Origin: the human T2T-CHM13v2.0 reference genome, Homo sapiens
Assembly: GCF_009914755.1 (NCBI RefSeq)
Contig: NC_060926.1
Reading direction: 5' to 3' (one strand)
DNA: 64,000 nt
The translations under genes and the position numbers were made by a program. The notes under the pieces are model-generated. The model had not been told where the DNA came from and ran no database searches. It saw only the letters and a list, made by a program, of their open reading frames with translations. This document shows positions 48,251 through 61,440 of the stretch, one piece after another (the stretch's first letter is position 1; each line of letters begins with the position of its first letter).

Positions 48251-49949
48251 AGAGAAGCGGGGGTTTCTGAGAGGTGGGTGCATTGGTGTCTGGATGACGG
48301 AAGACAGCTCCAGAGGGCCTCACACCAGGCAGGAGGGAGATTAGGAACCCAGGGAGTCCAGGAAGGAGCACCCACAGAGGCTGAGTGTCTGGGTGCTCTT
48401 CCTGGAATAAGGAAGGAGTCACACAATGCAGGCAGCTTTAACCCTGCCCCCTCCTGCTCTGCAATCCCCTTGGGTTCTCACCCCCACGCTACTGGGGGTT
48501 TCCGACCACCTGCCCAGCCCTGGGAAGCCGTGTTGTGCACAGAGAGGCCGGTCAGGACCCGAGGCTGTGTCCGCCCACATCCATGGGGCGAGGGAGTGTC
48601 GTGGGGCAGTGCCAGCTCCCTACCAAGGGTGGCTGTGCCTGTGATGCCAGAGCCAGCTGCCATGTGATGGCTCAGGCAGGTGAGAGCTGAGCCTGGTGGC
48701 TGGAGGCCGAGGTGAAAGCTGAGGGTCTCAGGAACGCACAGGCTGCTGGTCCCCAGGGCCAGGGGCTGCAGCACGAAGCAAGTCTGGGCTCCTCTGGCTC
48801 TGGTGGCAAAGTCACAGGAAACCCTGGACAGCCCAGCTGCGGGCGAGCAGGAGGGCGTTTGCCCCTCAACAGTCCAAACAAAATGTTTTCCCAAAAGCCA
48901 GCCAGGAGTGGAGGCTTGGAGGTTGGACTGCGTCTGGGAGTGGCACTGCTGCTGCTGCCAGCAACGGGGTCCCGCTAAGCCAGGCACACTCCTGCCTCTG
49001 GGTGTGGGGGTAGGAGAGGCAAAGAGCCCCTCAGTGGCCCTGCTCCCCACCCCCCACCTTCTCCCAGGCTGGGGCACGCATCACAGGTCAATGACACATC
49101 GGGATCAGGAATTAGAAGCAATTCGGGTGCAAAGGGACCCTGGCGTGTCTGGCCCCATCCTTGGCAGTTGAGACGGTCATGGTACGGAGGGGGCACCTTG
49201 ACCAAGGTCACAGCGGACGCAGACCACAGAGCCTGGGAGCACGAGCTCCTGGCCCACACAGCGCTCCCACGGCACTGCCCCCTGAGTTTCTCTTTCTGTG
49301 TAAACTTGGGGCTTAGAAGTAATTGGAAATTGATTTTCTTTTACTTTGTGGTCCTTGGATTTAAAAGGATATAGTTTCAGGTTATAGCTGGATCTCCCCG
49401 GCCAGCCACATCTCCCCAAGGACAGCAGCTGCACCTCGGACCCATCCCCCACCTGCCTGTCCCCGGCAAAGAGCTGGACGCCCAGCATGTCCTCACCAGC
49501 ACAGTCATTTGAGTTCCCAAACCCCACGTCCCTCATGGATGCTTATCGTGGAAAATCTTCCTGGCTGGCTCCCACCGCTTTTAGAAAAGAAACCATAAAT
49601 ATTAGCTGGGAATTTGAGGTCCAGCCCCACCTCCTCCACACCAGCACATCAAATGTAATAATTCAGGCGGACGCCCAGCACCTGGCGGGCAGATGAGAAG
49701 GTTTCGGCTCACAGGAGCTCCCGCACCACTGATGCTGCTCCAGCAGTGTCCTGCTGCTAGACCGCCCTCCCCCATGTCAAAGCGAAACGTGCTCCCGAGC
49801 TTTCCACCGCGATGCTTCCTAACCCAGATCCTTCCACCTGGAATGCCCTTGCTCTCCATCCTCCACTGGCCCGGCTGAGATTCTGCCATGGAACGGGGGC
49901 ATCACACCAACCACTGCAGGCTGGGCAACCCCTCCCTGCTCGGCTCATG

Positions 49950-50045
49950 GAACCCTCACAGTAGGTGAGGTGAGAATGCCCCAGGTGCAAAGGGGAAGTG
50001 GGCCCAGAGAGGCTGAGCGACTCTGCAAACCTTGCACAGCGTCAG
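49950..50045 (-). mobile_element. Degraded MIR
   Basis: GCAAAGGGGAAGTGGGCCCAGAGAGGCTGAGCGACT...CACAGC. Confidence 0.45.
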
Positions 50046-52494
50046 GCGTATCCTTGCTCTGCTCTGTCAGCTTTCAGAGACCTTGCTGATAACCTCAGCC
50101 GGACTTGAGTCTCCACCCACAGCCGGCCCGGCCCAGGCTCAGAACCTCCAAGCCCCCAGGCACCCCAAGAATGCCATTCCCCTCAGCCGTGTGCAACATG
50201 CTCATGGAGGCCTGGCAGCTGCAGGGGCTGGGGGTACTGGGGCATCACTGTTCATGAATCCGGAAGACAGAGTAGGCATGAAGCTCCCGAGCCGGCCTGT
50301 GCCAGCCCCCACACCCCCCTTCAGCCACCCCTCTGGGCGCCTCCCGCTTGGCTGGCAAAGCAAAGCCAGGAGCCCTGCAGCAAGCTGGCCTGCGGTCGAA
50401 ACAGAACCACCTCGCCGCTCTCTGGAGGCTCCTGGGCTCGCCAGCCTGGTGGTGGGTAATTGGGTAGGACTCGGCCGCCAGTGAGGCTGGAGGAGATGAA
50501 GCAGAAATCCCCAGCCCCCACACCCAGCCCCGCACTCCCGCGCTGCTGCCTTGGGGCGGAGGGCCAAATCTCACTACAAGCACACCACGGGCGTCCCTTC
50601 TTTGTAGGGGATCAAAGAGAACCCCAATCTACTCTCTGCACCTTCACCACCAAAAGTCAGCCAGAGGCGACTTGCCCTCACAGGCCCTTGCCAGGCCCTC
50701 CCCAGCCCTCACTACATTCTCCCAGGGAACTGGGAACACCTTATTTGGGAAAACGGGAAAAGAGGAGTCCAGCCCCCTGAAAATGGGCCCAGGCCACTTC
50801 CTAAGACCCATGGCCCATGGCCTTTGTCCCCAAGCAGGCCTGAGCCCCGGCACCTCTGCTTCCCCACATGGGAGACAGTGCGGCTCTGCCCACCTCGCCT
50901 CTGCCCACCTCCCCTGGTCAGGAGCCCCAACCTGAAGGGAAACTGCGTCCTGCCCTGCCCCCTCCTGCTGTGTGTACCCCACACAGCATCCTGGGGTGGG
51001 CCTGGCGGGCCCCTCCTCAGCTCCCAGACACTGCACACGGATGTCTGGGCCGGGCGGAAGCTCCGGAGTGGCTCTGAGGAAGGCCTGGGGGCAGCGGCGT
51101 CTCTGGGCTCCACCAGCAGGATCTGGGGCACCATCCACAGCCCAACTTTATGGCTGCAGGCCCGTGGCCCCGCCTGGCCCAAGCGTAAAGGAGGCACTCT
51201 CGGCTGCGCTCCCGCCGCTCCGCCCTGTGGCTTGGACGCCTCGAGACTGCACAGTCTTGGGGCCCGCTTGCTCCCTCCTCAGTGCTGAGCCTCGCAGGGC
51301 GGGCTTGGGGGCTAGAGGGGCCCTCGCAGGGCCTTGACCAAGCTTGGGCGAGATGGCCCTTCCCCGTGGGCACCCACCCCTCTCCTGGAGCAAAGCTGAA
51401 CGTGGCCTGGGGGCCAATGCTAAGCCCAGGTCTCTTGAGTGTTATTTGGAAACTGAACCTGGTTTTGGTCTCTTACAGGCTAATCTGAGCCCTAAAAAGC
51501 ACAGAAACTTGGGGAGCCTCTCTCCTGTCATCCAAGACGCCACCTCCATGAGGCCCAGCGGCACTGACCACAGGCCCGAGGACACCCTGTCACCTCTGAC
51601 CACAACTTGGAGCCCAGACACTCCCACCAGGAGGTGGCCCCCAGCCAGAGAGCTGCTCCCCGGGCTCCCTTCATGCTCCCTGACCCCCAGGACCTAGAGA
51701 CCCTCCTGACCTCAACCTCCCACCCTCGCCATACCCTGGGCCCCCAACACGGGCTGACAAGGAGGTACCAAACAGCAGCCAAGCCAGAAGATGGCCAGCC
51801 TGCCCTCCCCAGCACTACCCTCCCCGGCCAGGCAGCACGTGCCCAGCAAGCTGAGCCATGTGGTCCTGGCAGCATGACCAGGGGGCCTGTCTCCTTCCTG
51901 AACTCAGAGGCAGAGCCTGCAGCAGGAAGCAGAGGCTCCCAGAAACCTGACATTCCAGTGACAGCCGGGATCACCAGGGCAGGACGGCTCCCCAACCCAG
52001 GCTCGTCCTGGGGGAAGTGGGGGGTATCCAGCCAGCAGCCTCTGCCCTGTGGGGACAGGACATCTCTGGTGAGAGATTTTCCTCATCTTCCTGTAGGGTG
52101 TTTCTTCTCCTCCCCAAGGCCAAGGTGGGTTCTGGGGACCCCTGGGCTCTGCCAGTGCAGGCTGCAAACCTGAACGTCCTGGGCTTGGGGCTTGGAGCAC
52201 GGAGGACAGAGTGCTGGTGTCAATGTCGGGCAGGGGAAGACCCTGGAGAGCCTGGGTTGGCCTTCAGGGACACCCCCACCCAGAGGCCGCAGGGATCATC
52301 TGGAAGGCTAGCTGACACTCCATGGAGAGGGACCAGGCAGTGACGGGAGCCCTGGCAGGACTGAAGGAGACTTTGTCGGCAGAGGGGCCTGGGGAGAGTG
52401 AAGACCACCACCCGTTTCCCACACACAGCCGTCCAGAGGGGCTGAGCCTTGAAGAGGGGGGAGCGGGGATGTCTTGAGGCCAGAAACCACCCCA

Positions 52495-52887
52495 GCATGC
52501 ACGCACATGCACCTGCATACATGCACACGCACATGCACACATGAATGCACGCACAAATGCACACACGCACATGCACACGTGAATACACACACGTGAACGC
52601 ACACACGAATATACACATGCACATGCACACAATGTGAATGCACACACGAATACACACACGCACATGCAAATGCACACACACGAATGCACACACGCACATG
52701 CACATGCAAATGCACACACACGAAGGCACACGCACATGCACACACGAATACACACATGTGAACGCACACGCGAATGCACACACGCACACATGCAAATGCA
52801 CACACATGAAGGCACACAAGCACATGCAAATGCACACACACACGAATGCACATGCACATGCACACATAAATGCACACACAAGCACAC
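52495..52887. repeat. CA/TG-rich alternating purine-pyrimidine compound repeat
   Basis: ~390 bp of GCACAC/ATGCAC/CACGAAT modules; contains four ATGCAAAT. Confidence 0.95.
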
Positions 52888-53715
52888 TCCCCAGCAGTGG
52901 GGATGCTGCTCTCCCTGTGCTGCAAGGAGGGAAAGCGATGGGTGTTTTGCGGGACTGGAAGTGAAGCGTTAATGTTGGCTGGATGTTCAATCACCCAAAA
53001 GGCCCAAAAGCCTCAGCCCTGGCCCAGCTGCCATGCAAGGCCAAGAAGAGGGGACTCAGCTGAGCAGGGGTGAAGGGAGGGGTTGGGGGGCACATTTAAC
53101 CCCAGCCCTAAGTCAGGGCTCCTCCATGAACCCAGAGAGTCCACACAGGAGGATGAAGACACCGTGCGCTGTGCCTCAGACGGGGCCATCTCCCAGGTTT
53201 CTCTACCTGGCCCAGGCATCCTTTTGGTCACAGCCCCTGACATCTGCTGTGGGGCACAATCAACCCTCAAGGGGGGCTCAGGGCTTCCCCTCCTGAGAGG
53301 GTTGGGGTGATGCAGCCCAGCAGAGAACCCATGGGAGGCTCCCACTGCTTTCCACTGCGGAGCCCCACACCGGCTTGGCTCCTCCCTTTCCACGGGCATC
53401 CGGCCTGGGTCCCGCGGACGCCTCTTCTTACGCAGGGAGGGGAGTCCCTTGCTGTTTCTGCAGCCAGAGGATCCTGCTGGGCACGGGTGCTGCACGATGC
53501 TCCTTGCTAGAGTGGAGAGCCACCGCTGTGTCCCCATGCCTCCCTAGAAACATGGGTGTGGCCGCACCTGGAGGCCCAGCTGGAAGGGGCCCAGCTGGGC
53601 ACAGCCCCTACAAGCTGCTCGGGGGCCTGAGTGGGACTGAGACTGTGTGGACCTCCGGCCACCAACTCCCAGAGCCACCCCTAGGCTGGACCTCAGGGGT
53701 TGGCTGTTACGGAGG

Positions 53716-54296
53716 TGTGATGGTCGAAATCAGGAGTTGTCCAACCTTTTGGCTTCCCTGGGCTTGGACCACATTAGAAGAAGAATTGTCTTGGGCCACA
53801 CATAAAATACACTAACACTAACGATGGCTGACGAGCTAAAGCAAACAAAAAAAATCACGAAACAACTCATAATGTTTTAAGAAAGTTTATGAATTTGTGT
53901 TGGGTCGAATTCAAAACCACCCTGGGCCACATGGGGCCCACGGGCCTCGGGTTGGACAAGCTTGATCTAAATATGTGTGTTCCCCCAAAATGCACATGTT
54001 GACCTGTCCCCCAGTGCAGTAATATTCAGAGGTGAGGCCTTTAGGAGGTGATTAGGTTGTGAGAGTGGAGGCCCGTGAATGGGACTGGTGCCCTTAGAAA
54101 AGAGGCCGCCCCTTCCACAGAGGGAGCACCCAGCGAGAAGGCACTGTCTATGGAAAGCGGCCCTCACCAGACACAGTCTTCCAGCACCTTCATCTTGGAC
54201 TTCGCGACTTCCAAACTGTGAGAGATACATTTCTCTTGTTTCTACACCACCAGGTCTATGGTAATTTTGTTATACCAAGACAAACAGCCAAGACAG
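53716..54296 (+). mobile_element. MLT1A LTR with MER30 inserted near its 5' end
   Basis: GAGGTGAGGCCTTTAGGAGGTGATTAGG...GAATGGGACTGGTGCCCTTA...CACCTTCATCTTGGACTTC...AACTGTGAGA...TTTTGTTATA. Confidence 0.85.
53731..53964 (+). mobile_element. MER30 (hAT-Charlie)
   Basis: CAGGAGTTGTCCAACC...GAAGAAGAATTGTCTTGGGCCACACATAAAATACACTAACACTAACG...GGGTTGGACAAGCTTG; 8-bp TSD GTCGAAAT/ATCTAAAT. Confidence 0.93.
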
Positions 54297-54390
54297 GCAG
54301 AGCCTGGAGGGGTGGGGTGAGCTCAGGGGTGCCCAGGGCAGAGCCTGGGGACAGAGTAAGCTCAGGGGCACCCAGGGCAGAGCCTGGGGG
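54297..54390. repeat. Short tandem duplication, ~41-bp unit
   Basis: AGCTCAGGGG(TG/CA)CCCAGGGCAGAGCCTGGGG occurs twice. Confidence 0.8.
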
Positions 54391-55076
54391 CACGAGAGGA
54401 CAGGCCTGTTTCCCCTGCAGCGAGCATTCTCTGTCCCCCACTGCATTGCACAACAGGCTGGGCACAGGCAACCCTGGCTGCTCTCTGGCTCCGTGCCTGG
54501 CAAGGCCCATCACCTTGTGCCCAGGGTCAGGCCACTCCACGGGCAGAGTCTGAGCTGCTCTCAGCATTGTCTTGGGGCCAACTCCTGGTGTCAGGTGTCT
54601 CCCGGACCTAGGCTGGAACGTGGGGCCACTCAGGCGTCTCTGACAGGTAGGATCCAGGCACAGGTGGCTCACGATTGATCGACCGTGTGGGGGTTAAATG
54701 TCTCCCTAATAAGCCCTCCCACACCTCCTTTCCAGCAGCTGCTAAATGCCCTCAGGGCACCTCATCTGCACAAATTAAAGTCTCCTGACCCTTGTCTGTG
54801 CAACCAAACTTCCTGAAGGCAGCTTCTGTCTCGTGTCTGCTCAGAACACCACAGCGGGTCCCACCGCCGTGATGCTAAGAGTCATCTGACCTGTCCCCAC
54901 CTGCCCTTCCTGCTTCACCTGCCCCACCCACGCTTGCATCCCCCATTCACCTGGTCCTGAAGCTGGGAACCCACCTCCCTACACTCAGCCCAACAAAGAG
55001 CAGCCATCCCCAAGCCCTGAGTGACTATGGCCCCCCCACCCGCCCCCCCACCCACATCTGGTTCTGCAGAGAGCTG

Positions 55077-55208
55077 CATGCCTCCAGGTCAGGGCTGCCT
55101 GCTCCAAGGTCACCGGTACCCAGTCCAAGGTCGGGGGCACCCTATCTAAGGTCGGGGGACCACATGCCTGCAGGTCAGGGCTGCCTGCACCAAGGTCAGG
55201 GCTGCCTG
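55077..55208. repeat. Degenerate ~21-bp tandem repeat containing AGGTC(A/G) x 6
   Basis: AGGTC at 55086, 55107, 55128, 55149, 55172, 55193. Confidence 0.8.
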
Positions 55209-56320
55209 TTTGAAGTTGGAACCAGGCCTGATTTACCAACACTGTGCCCAGTCAGGGCCTGGACACAGCAGGTTTTAATATCTGTCCAAGGAATGAAGGC
55301 AGAAGTAAAGGAAGCCTTCTCCATTCTTTCAGCAGCCTTGGACGTACACTGGGCAGGGCGAGGGACACTGGGCATGCTTTTCTGAGCAGCAAGGACTGGA
55401 GTCCCCGACCAACAACCTCAGGGACCAGCCTCAGGGCATGGGAGGACTTGAGGGAGGAGGACCCTGGGAAAACCTTCCAGAGCCCTCTCTGCCAGAGAGA
55501 GGTGTGCCTTGCCCAAGATCACTTATCCTGGAGGGACACGAGCTGACACAGACACGGCCCAGGACAACCCTGGCAGCCTCTCGCCTCCTGGACTCCCTGA
55601 GTCTCCAGCTTTGCCGTGATGCCAGGGTCCCAGTCCAAGGCCAGCCTCCTCTCAGCCAGGCAGCCCACCCCAGCCCAGCCAGGACCAGCTGTGTCTGGGG
55701 GAGGAGGGTGGCCCTGCGGTGGGGGCTGTGGGGAAGGGGCAGATGTATGACAAGAGGGGCATTGTCCACACTCCTGACCAGACTTCCAGGAGCTCCAGGG
55801 GCGGGAGCAGCAAGGCAGGCTCTGAGCTGCAGGATCCAAAAATAGCCTGGGGTGCGGCCAGTGGCCAGGGTTGGGCAGCTGACTTCACGCCACAAGCATC
55901 CCGGGAAGGCTCAGCTGTCTGTGGCCGCACCTGCTGGGCCTCTACCCGGAATGCTGCCCTCAGCGGGATGGGCCTGTAACGGGCCCCTGGGCCACCCACA
56001 TGCAGAAAGCCCAGCTCCTCCTGAGGCCCCAGAAGCACCCTCGGGTGCCTGGAGGCTGCTGTGTTTCTCGCCCTGACTTGTCCATGGACCCTGGGACAGC
56101 CACGGCCCTCACCAGGCCTGGGCCACTTTGCAAGCTGTGGGGGGTGCTGTCTCCCCATTGAGAGTCCCTGGAGATTTGCCCCACGGGTTGGGGAATGACA
56201 GCATGACCCCCACCTACACAAGGCAGAGACCCTTGTTCTCCTGGAGTCAGTGGCCCTGTGGGCCCCAACGCTGGGCTCAGGAGAGATTCGCCACATCCAA
56301 TTGAAAAATGAAGTGGGTGA

Positions 56321-56601
56321 GCCAGGCACAGTGGCTCATGCCTATAATCCCAGCACTTTGAGAGGCCGAGGCGGGCGGGTCACTTGTGGTCAGAAGTTTG
56401 AGACCAGCCTGGCCAACACGGTGAAACCCCTTCTCTGCCAAAAATACAAAAATTAGCCGGGCGTGGTGGTGTGTGCCTGTAATCCCAGCTACTCAGGAGG
56501 CTGAGGCAGGAGAAGAGATTGAACCCGGGAGGCAGAGGTTGCCGAGATCGCACCACTGCACTCCAGCCTGGGCGACAGAGTGAGAGCCTGTCTCAAAAAA
56601 A
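56321..56601 (+). mobile_element. AluSx/Sz-like
   Basis: Full Alu; perfect 18-bp TSD GAAAAATGAAGTGGGTGA at 56303-56320 and 56602-56619. Confidence 0.96.
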
Positions 56602-58027
56602 GAAAAATGAAGTGGGTGACAACGTTTCATTTCATTCCTGATGCAATTCACGTTTCCTCCGCAAAGGCTTCAGGGCCACGTGGACCATCCACAGGACCCT
56701 GGGTATTCCCTGCAGCCCCCAAGCCCCGCCATGGCTGACAGAGGGTGAGGGGCTTGCCCTGGAAGGGTTGGAGCTGGGGACAAGCATCTTCTGGGACCCG
56801 GCATCAGAAACAGCTCTTAAGGGACAGACAGTAAATTCCTGCAGCTCAGCCAAATGCTGTGGGGGACATGACCAGAGGAAGGCGGTTCCACACCAGGGAG
56901 GGCCTCTGGGAGGCCATGGCCTTTCCAGGGACGAGAAGCAGGCAAGGAAGCCTTGTGTACCAGGGGAGGTGCTCCCGACAGGCTAGCAGCAGAGGCAAAG
57001 GCCCAGGGCAGCTTGGGGTCCGAGGACAGCTAGGACATTGGTGTGGCTGCCGCTGAGGGAACCAGACAGAGGATGGCCACACGTGGGGACCCTGAATCTT
57101 ATTCTGATGTCAAGCCGGTCAGGGTGTGAGCAGAGACAGGCGCTCCCTTCCCTTGCTTGGGATCCAGCCTTCCCCTGGAAGGGGCCCTGCAGGCTGCCGA
57201 GGGGCAGGGAGGAGGCAGAGGCAGATACAGAGGCTGACGCAGAGGCATAGCACTGCTGGCCTTGAGTGGCAGGTGCCCCGGGGCTCTGGGATCCATCCTG
57301 TTGGGGATACAATGAAGCCACAGCAGGCCAATGAGTTGAAGGACAGGAGTCAGGAGAGCAGTGAGGGCGAGGTGGGCTCGGGTGTGGCGGGCCCTGGACA
57401 GCTGGCCACTGTTTCTGGGACTTTGGATGGTGGCGTGGAGCCTGGCATTTTGTCCTGATGATGCCCGCCGTGCCTGGGGCTGGCCGAGTCTTCCCCGCTG
57501 GCCTGGGCCCCCAAGCTAGGGCTGCCCTCTCTGCCAGTCTGAGCTGAGTTTCTAGGCTGAGTTGGTGGCTGCCTCTCTGGGTCTTCTGAGACTTCACCAG
57601 GTAGTCTCTGCAGAAGCTTCTGGAACTTGCTGCAGCCATGACTGCCCCAGAAATAAGAGAGGTGCCCTTCTCTGCCCTTCACCCACCCTTGAACACTGGC
57701 CCAGCACCAGCCTGAGAGGGTCCTGGGCAGGGCCAAGCTTGCAGGACCCCAGAGGAGCCCAGAAGTGGTCCTGGTGGGGGTGCTGGGGCGTGGGGGTCCC
57801 CTGGGCTGGCCACCAGAGGGTTTCCTCCAGACCGCTGTGTGCCTGGGCTGGGGGAGGGCCTGGGCTGGGAACAAAGAGGATCTGTGCTCTGGGCCTGGGC
57901 AGGAGCCAGTTTGGGGCCCTCCTTGGGCCTTTGAAGTCCCAGGCGCACCCACCCTGAGGCCTGGGTAGGGCAGAGGCCTGGTGAAGCCCCACAGAGGTTT
58001 CTTGCGGAGGAAATCTCAAGTCCCTGA

Positions 58028-58450
58028 GAGGGGCAGGTGGGAGAGGGATGTGGGAGGGATGGGAAGAGGGGGCAACGAGAGCAGGCTGTGGTGGGGGGAG
58101 GGGCGTGGCAGAGGGGCAGGGCATGGAGGGGGCAGGGCTGTAGACAGGAAAAGGAGCACGGAGGAGGACAGGGCTGTAGTTGAGGGGCAGGGGTGTGGAG
58201 GAGGGGAGGTCATGGAGGGCAAGATGTGGAGGGGGGCCAGGCCATGGAGGGAGCAGGGTGTGGAGACGGCAGGACTGTGGTAGGGGTGAAGGGGCATAGA
58301 GGAGGGCAGGCCTGTGGTTAGGGGCATGGGTGTGGAGGATGAGCACGGCAAGGAGGGAGCAGGGCTGTGGTGGGGGGAGGGGCATGGGGAAGGACAGGGC
58401 ACGGAGGGCAGGGCCATGGAGGGTGGGAAGTGGTGGGTGGGCTGTGGAGG
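58028..58450. repeat. G-rich degenerate tandem repeat
   Basis: Recurring GGGCAGGGCTGTGG / GGGGCATGGAGG modules with strong G skew. Confidence 0.85.
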
Positions 58451-58464
58451 TCCCCCCAGGGCCA

Positions 58465-58978
<514 letters not shown>

Positions 58979-59226
58979 ACTCCCCATGGACAGGCCACGC
59001 TTCTTGCCTCAGCTTGGATCTTCTAGGCCAATGCAGGTCCCAGCCCAGCAGCCTCAGCGGACCGAGTCTCGGGGGCCGGCAGGGGTCTGTACCTGCTTCC
59101 CCGGCCCCTTTACCGCCCACCACTCTGCTCAGGTCTCTGGACCTGTGGGCTTTCCAGGCTCCTTAGACCAAAGCCCACCAGCCCGAGCCCAGCATCTGCG
59201 CAGGTGCTGTGGGGACCAGGACATGG

Positions 59227-59370
59227 GTGCTGGGGTGCACGGCCTCTGTGATAATCCGGGACACAGCACTCGGACGGAGCCTGCACTGTTCCTTAAACAC
59301 ACACGAGGTGGCCTGGACACAGATGCTGGAGTGCGCGGCCTCTGTGACAATCCGGGACACAGCACTCAGA
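59227..59370. repeat. ~47-bp direct repeat x 2 with spacer
   Basis: TGCTGG.GTGC.CGGCCTCTGTGA.AATCCGGGACACAGCACTC.GA at ~59228 and ~59324. Confidence 0.9.
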
Positions 59371-59541
59371 GGCTGCACCATTTCTTACTCGCACGGGTGG
59401 TAGCCCCTTCGATGGACAGTACTCATTCTCAGACTCTGGCTGGGCCCCTGGGGTGCTGGAACCAAGATGAGGAATCAAAAACAAGGGTCTGGGAAGTAGC
59501 CCAGGCTGAGGCTCCTAGGAGGGAGGGCGAGAAGTACCCGA

Positions 59542-59723
59542 GTACTAGGGCTAGCTGGACGTGTTGACCCTGCTTGGCCTCCCCTCCCAAACCCTGGACC
59601 CCAGTGAGCCTGGGTACTGGGGCTAGCTGGACGTGCTGACCCTTCCTGGCCTCCCCTCCCAACCCCTGGACCCAGGTGGACTGGGGTACCAGGGCAAGCT
59701 GGGCATGCTGACCCTGCCTGGCC
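59542..59723. repeat. Tandem repeat, 72-bp unit x ~2.5
   Basis: GTAC(T/C)(A/G)GGGC(T/A)AGCTGG...GACCCT at 59542, 59614, 59686. Confidence 0.9.
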
Positions 59724-60869
59724 TTTCTGGTCTCATTGTGACTCAGGCCTGGGGGTTCCCGAGGCTCCCGGCTTAGAGGCGGACATGGCTGTGAGGCCCT
59801 CGCCCTTTCCCACTCAGCAGGGATGAGTTCAGGGATGGCCAGGCCCCAGTGATGTCACCAAGTTGAGCTTCTGAGCTTCTGGTGCCTGTGTGGGAGCTGC
59901 AGCCCTCAGGAAGAAGTGTCCTCCCCTCCTCAAGGGACCAGAGAAGGAGGATGGGGAGGAGGCCTGGCCCAAGGTCGTCTGATGCCAGCCTGGGGCCTGG
60001 AGCAGCCTGGAGCCAGCATGCGTTCCAAGGGGAATTCCTGGGGAATGATGCAGCCGGCCTCGCTATCACAAGCTGTCATTTGAGGGAGAGCCGCACTCGG
60101 AACGCCTCCCAGCCCCAGTGCAGGAATCCATCTGGCAAGTCTGCCCTCGGACACTCACAGGACACTCTTCCAGGATCCCTGGGCCTCGGGGTGGGGCCAG
60201 GGTCTCAGGGGAGGAAGTGCCCAGATTCCTGGACGCTGGCCCCGAGGAGGGTCTGGTGGCAGCCACCTCGGTCAGGACGAGGACAGAGCGTCCAGCCCCG
60301 TGCCAGCTCAGTGGCCTCAGAATACCACAGCCACGTCCCTCCTGTCCAAGGCCCAGCAGTCCCCGGGACACTCCAAGAGCCATCCACTTTCTAGATTTGG
60401 GCTTCCCCTCCTCAGTGACCCCAGCTCCTCCCCAGAGAGCAAACCCTGAAGCAGCTCCTCTGGGGGTCTTTAAGAGGAGAATAGGACTCGTGCTGTGCTC
60501 GGGGTGGACTGAAATCATGCTCATCACACTAAAGCATACTGCAACATAAAGCCAGGTGTTTGCAAATGAAATGCAAACAGTCACACAGAGCCAGCAAAGC
60601 TACCCTTCACCTCACTTGCCGAATGAGGCTGTCCGGCTGAAACTCAGTGTCACCGGGCCCTGAGTCTGCACACTCACGCTCTCAGCTGCTACAGAATGAT
60701 GACTCGGTTTCCCCACCGCTCTTTGGATTCAAGCTGCTGCAAAGCCCTCCCCAGCCTGGGTGTCGAGAAGTTGCTTGGCCCAGTCGCATGGCACGCCCAG
60801 GCAGTGGGGCCCGCAGACAGCGTGGGCACCGTTTACGGATGAATCGACGAGCCCCTCTTCGCCTCCATC

Positions 60870-61440
60870 CCTACGCGATGCACTTCCCCATTCTCCTGAC
60901 ACCGCATGGGCTGTTTCTGACTTCCAGCTACCAGGAGCAAGGCTGCCATGACCTCCTGTGTGTGTACATCGTGCTGCCGTCACACGTGCCCCGATTTCCG
61001 CAGGGTGCCCACGTCCAGGGTAAAGCCGCTGAGTCAGGGAATCTACATCTTCAAGTTGACCAGGCGTTGTTCAGCCAGTTCCCAAAGTCACTTCAGTGAC
61101 TTCCACTCAGAGTATGAAAGGCCCCATTTCTCTCCAGCCTCATCAACACAGTACTGTCAGCATTTAGCCCCTGCCAACCAGGAGATAGCATGGTGGAGAC
61201 CCACTGCAGTCCTGATGCGAGTCTCCCTGGTTACCAAGAAGCTGGTCCCTGTGCACACATCTTATAGCCAGTTGGGTCTCCTCTCTGCCAACCACCTGTC
61301 CCAGTGCCCTGACTGCTTTTCTATGCAGTTGCCTGTTGTTTTGTCATTGATTTGCCAGTACTCTTCACATATTTTAGATTCCAAGTCCCGTCAGTTACAT
61401 ATGTTGGAATATTGTTTTTCATTCTGTGACTTGTCTTTTT
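60870..61440 (-). mobile_element. Degraded L1ME/L1M ORF2 3' fragment
   Basis: AGTATGAAAGGCCCCATTTCTCTCCAGCCTCATCAACAC...CTCTTCACATATTTTAGAT...TTCTGTGACTTGTCTTTT is antisense L1 pattern. Confidence 0.7.
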
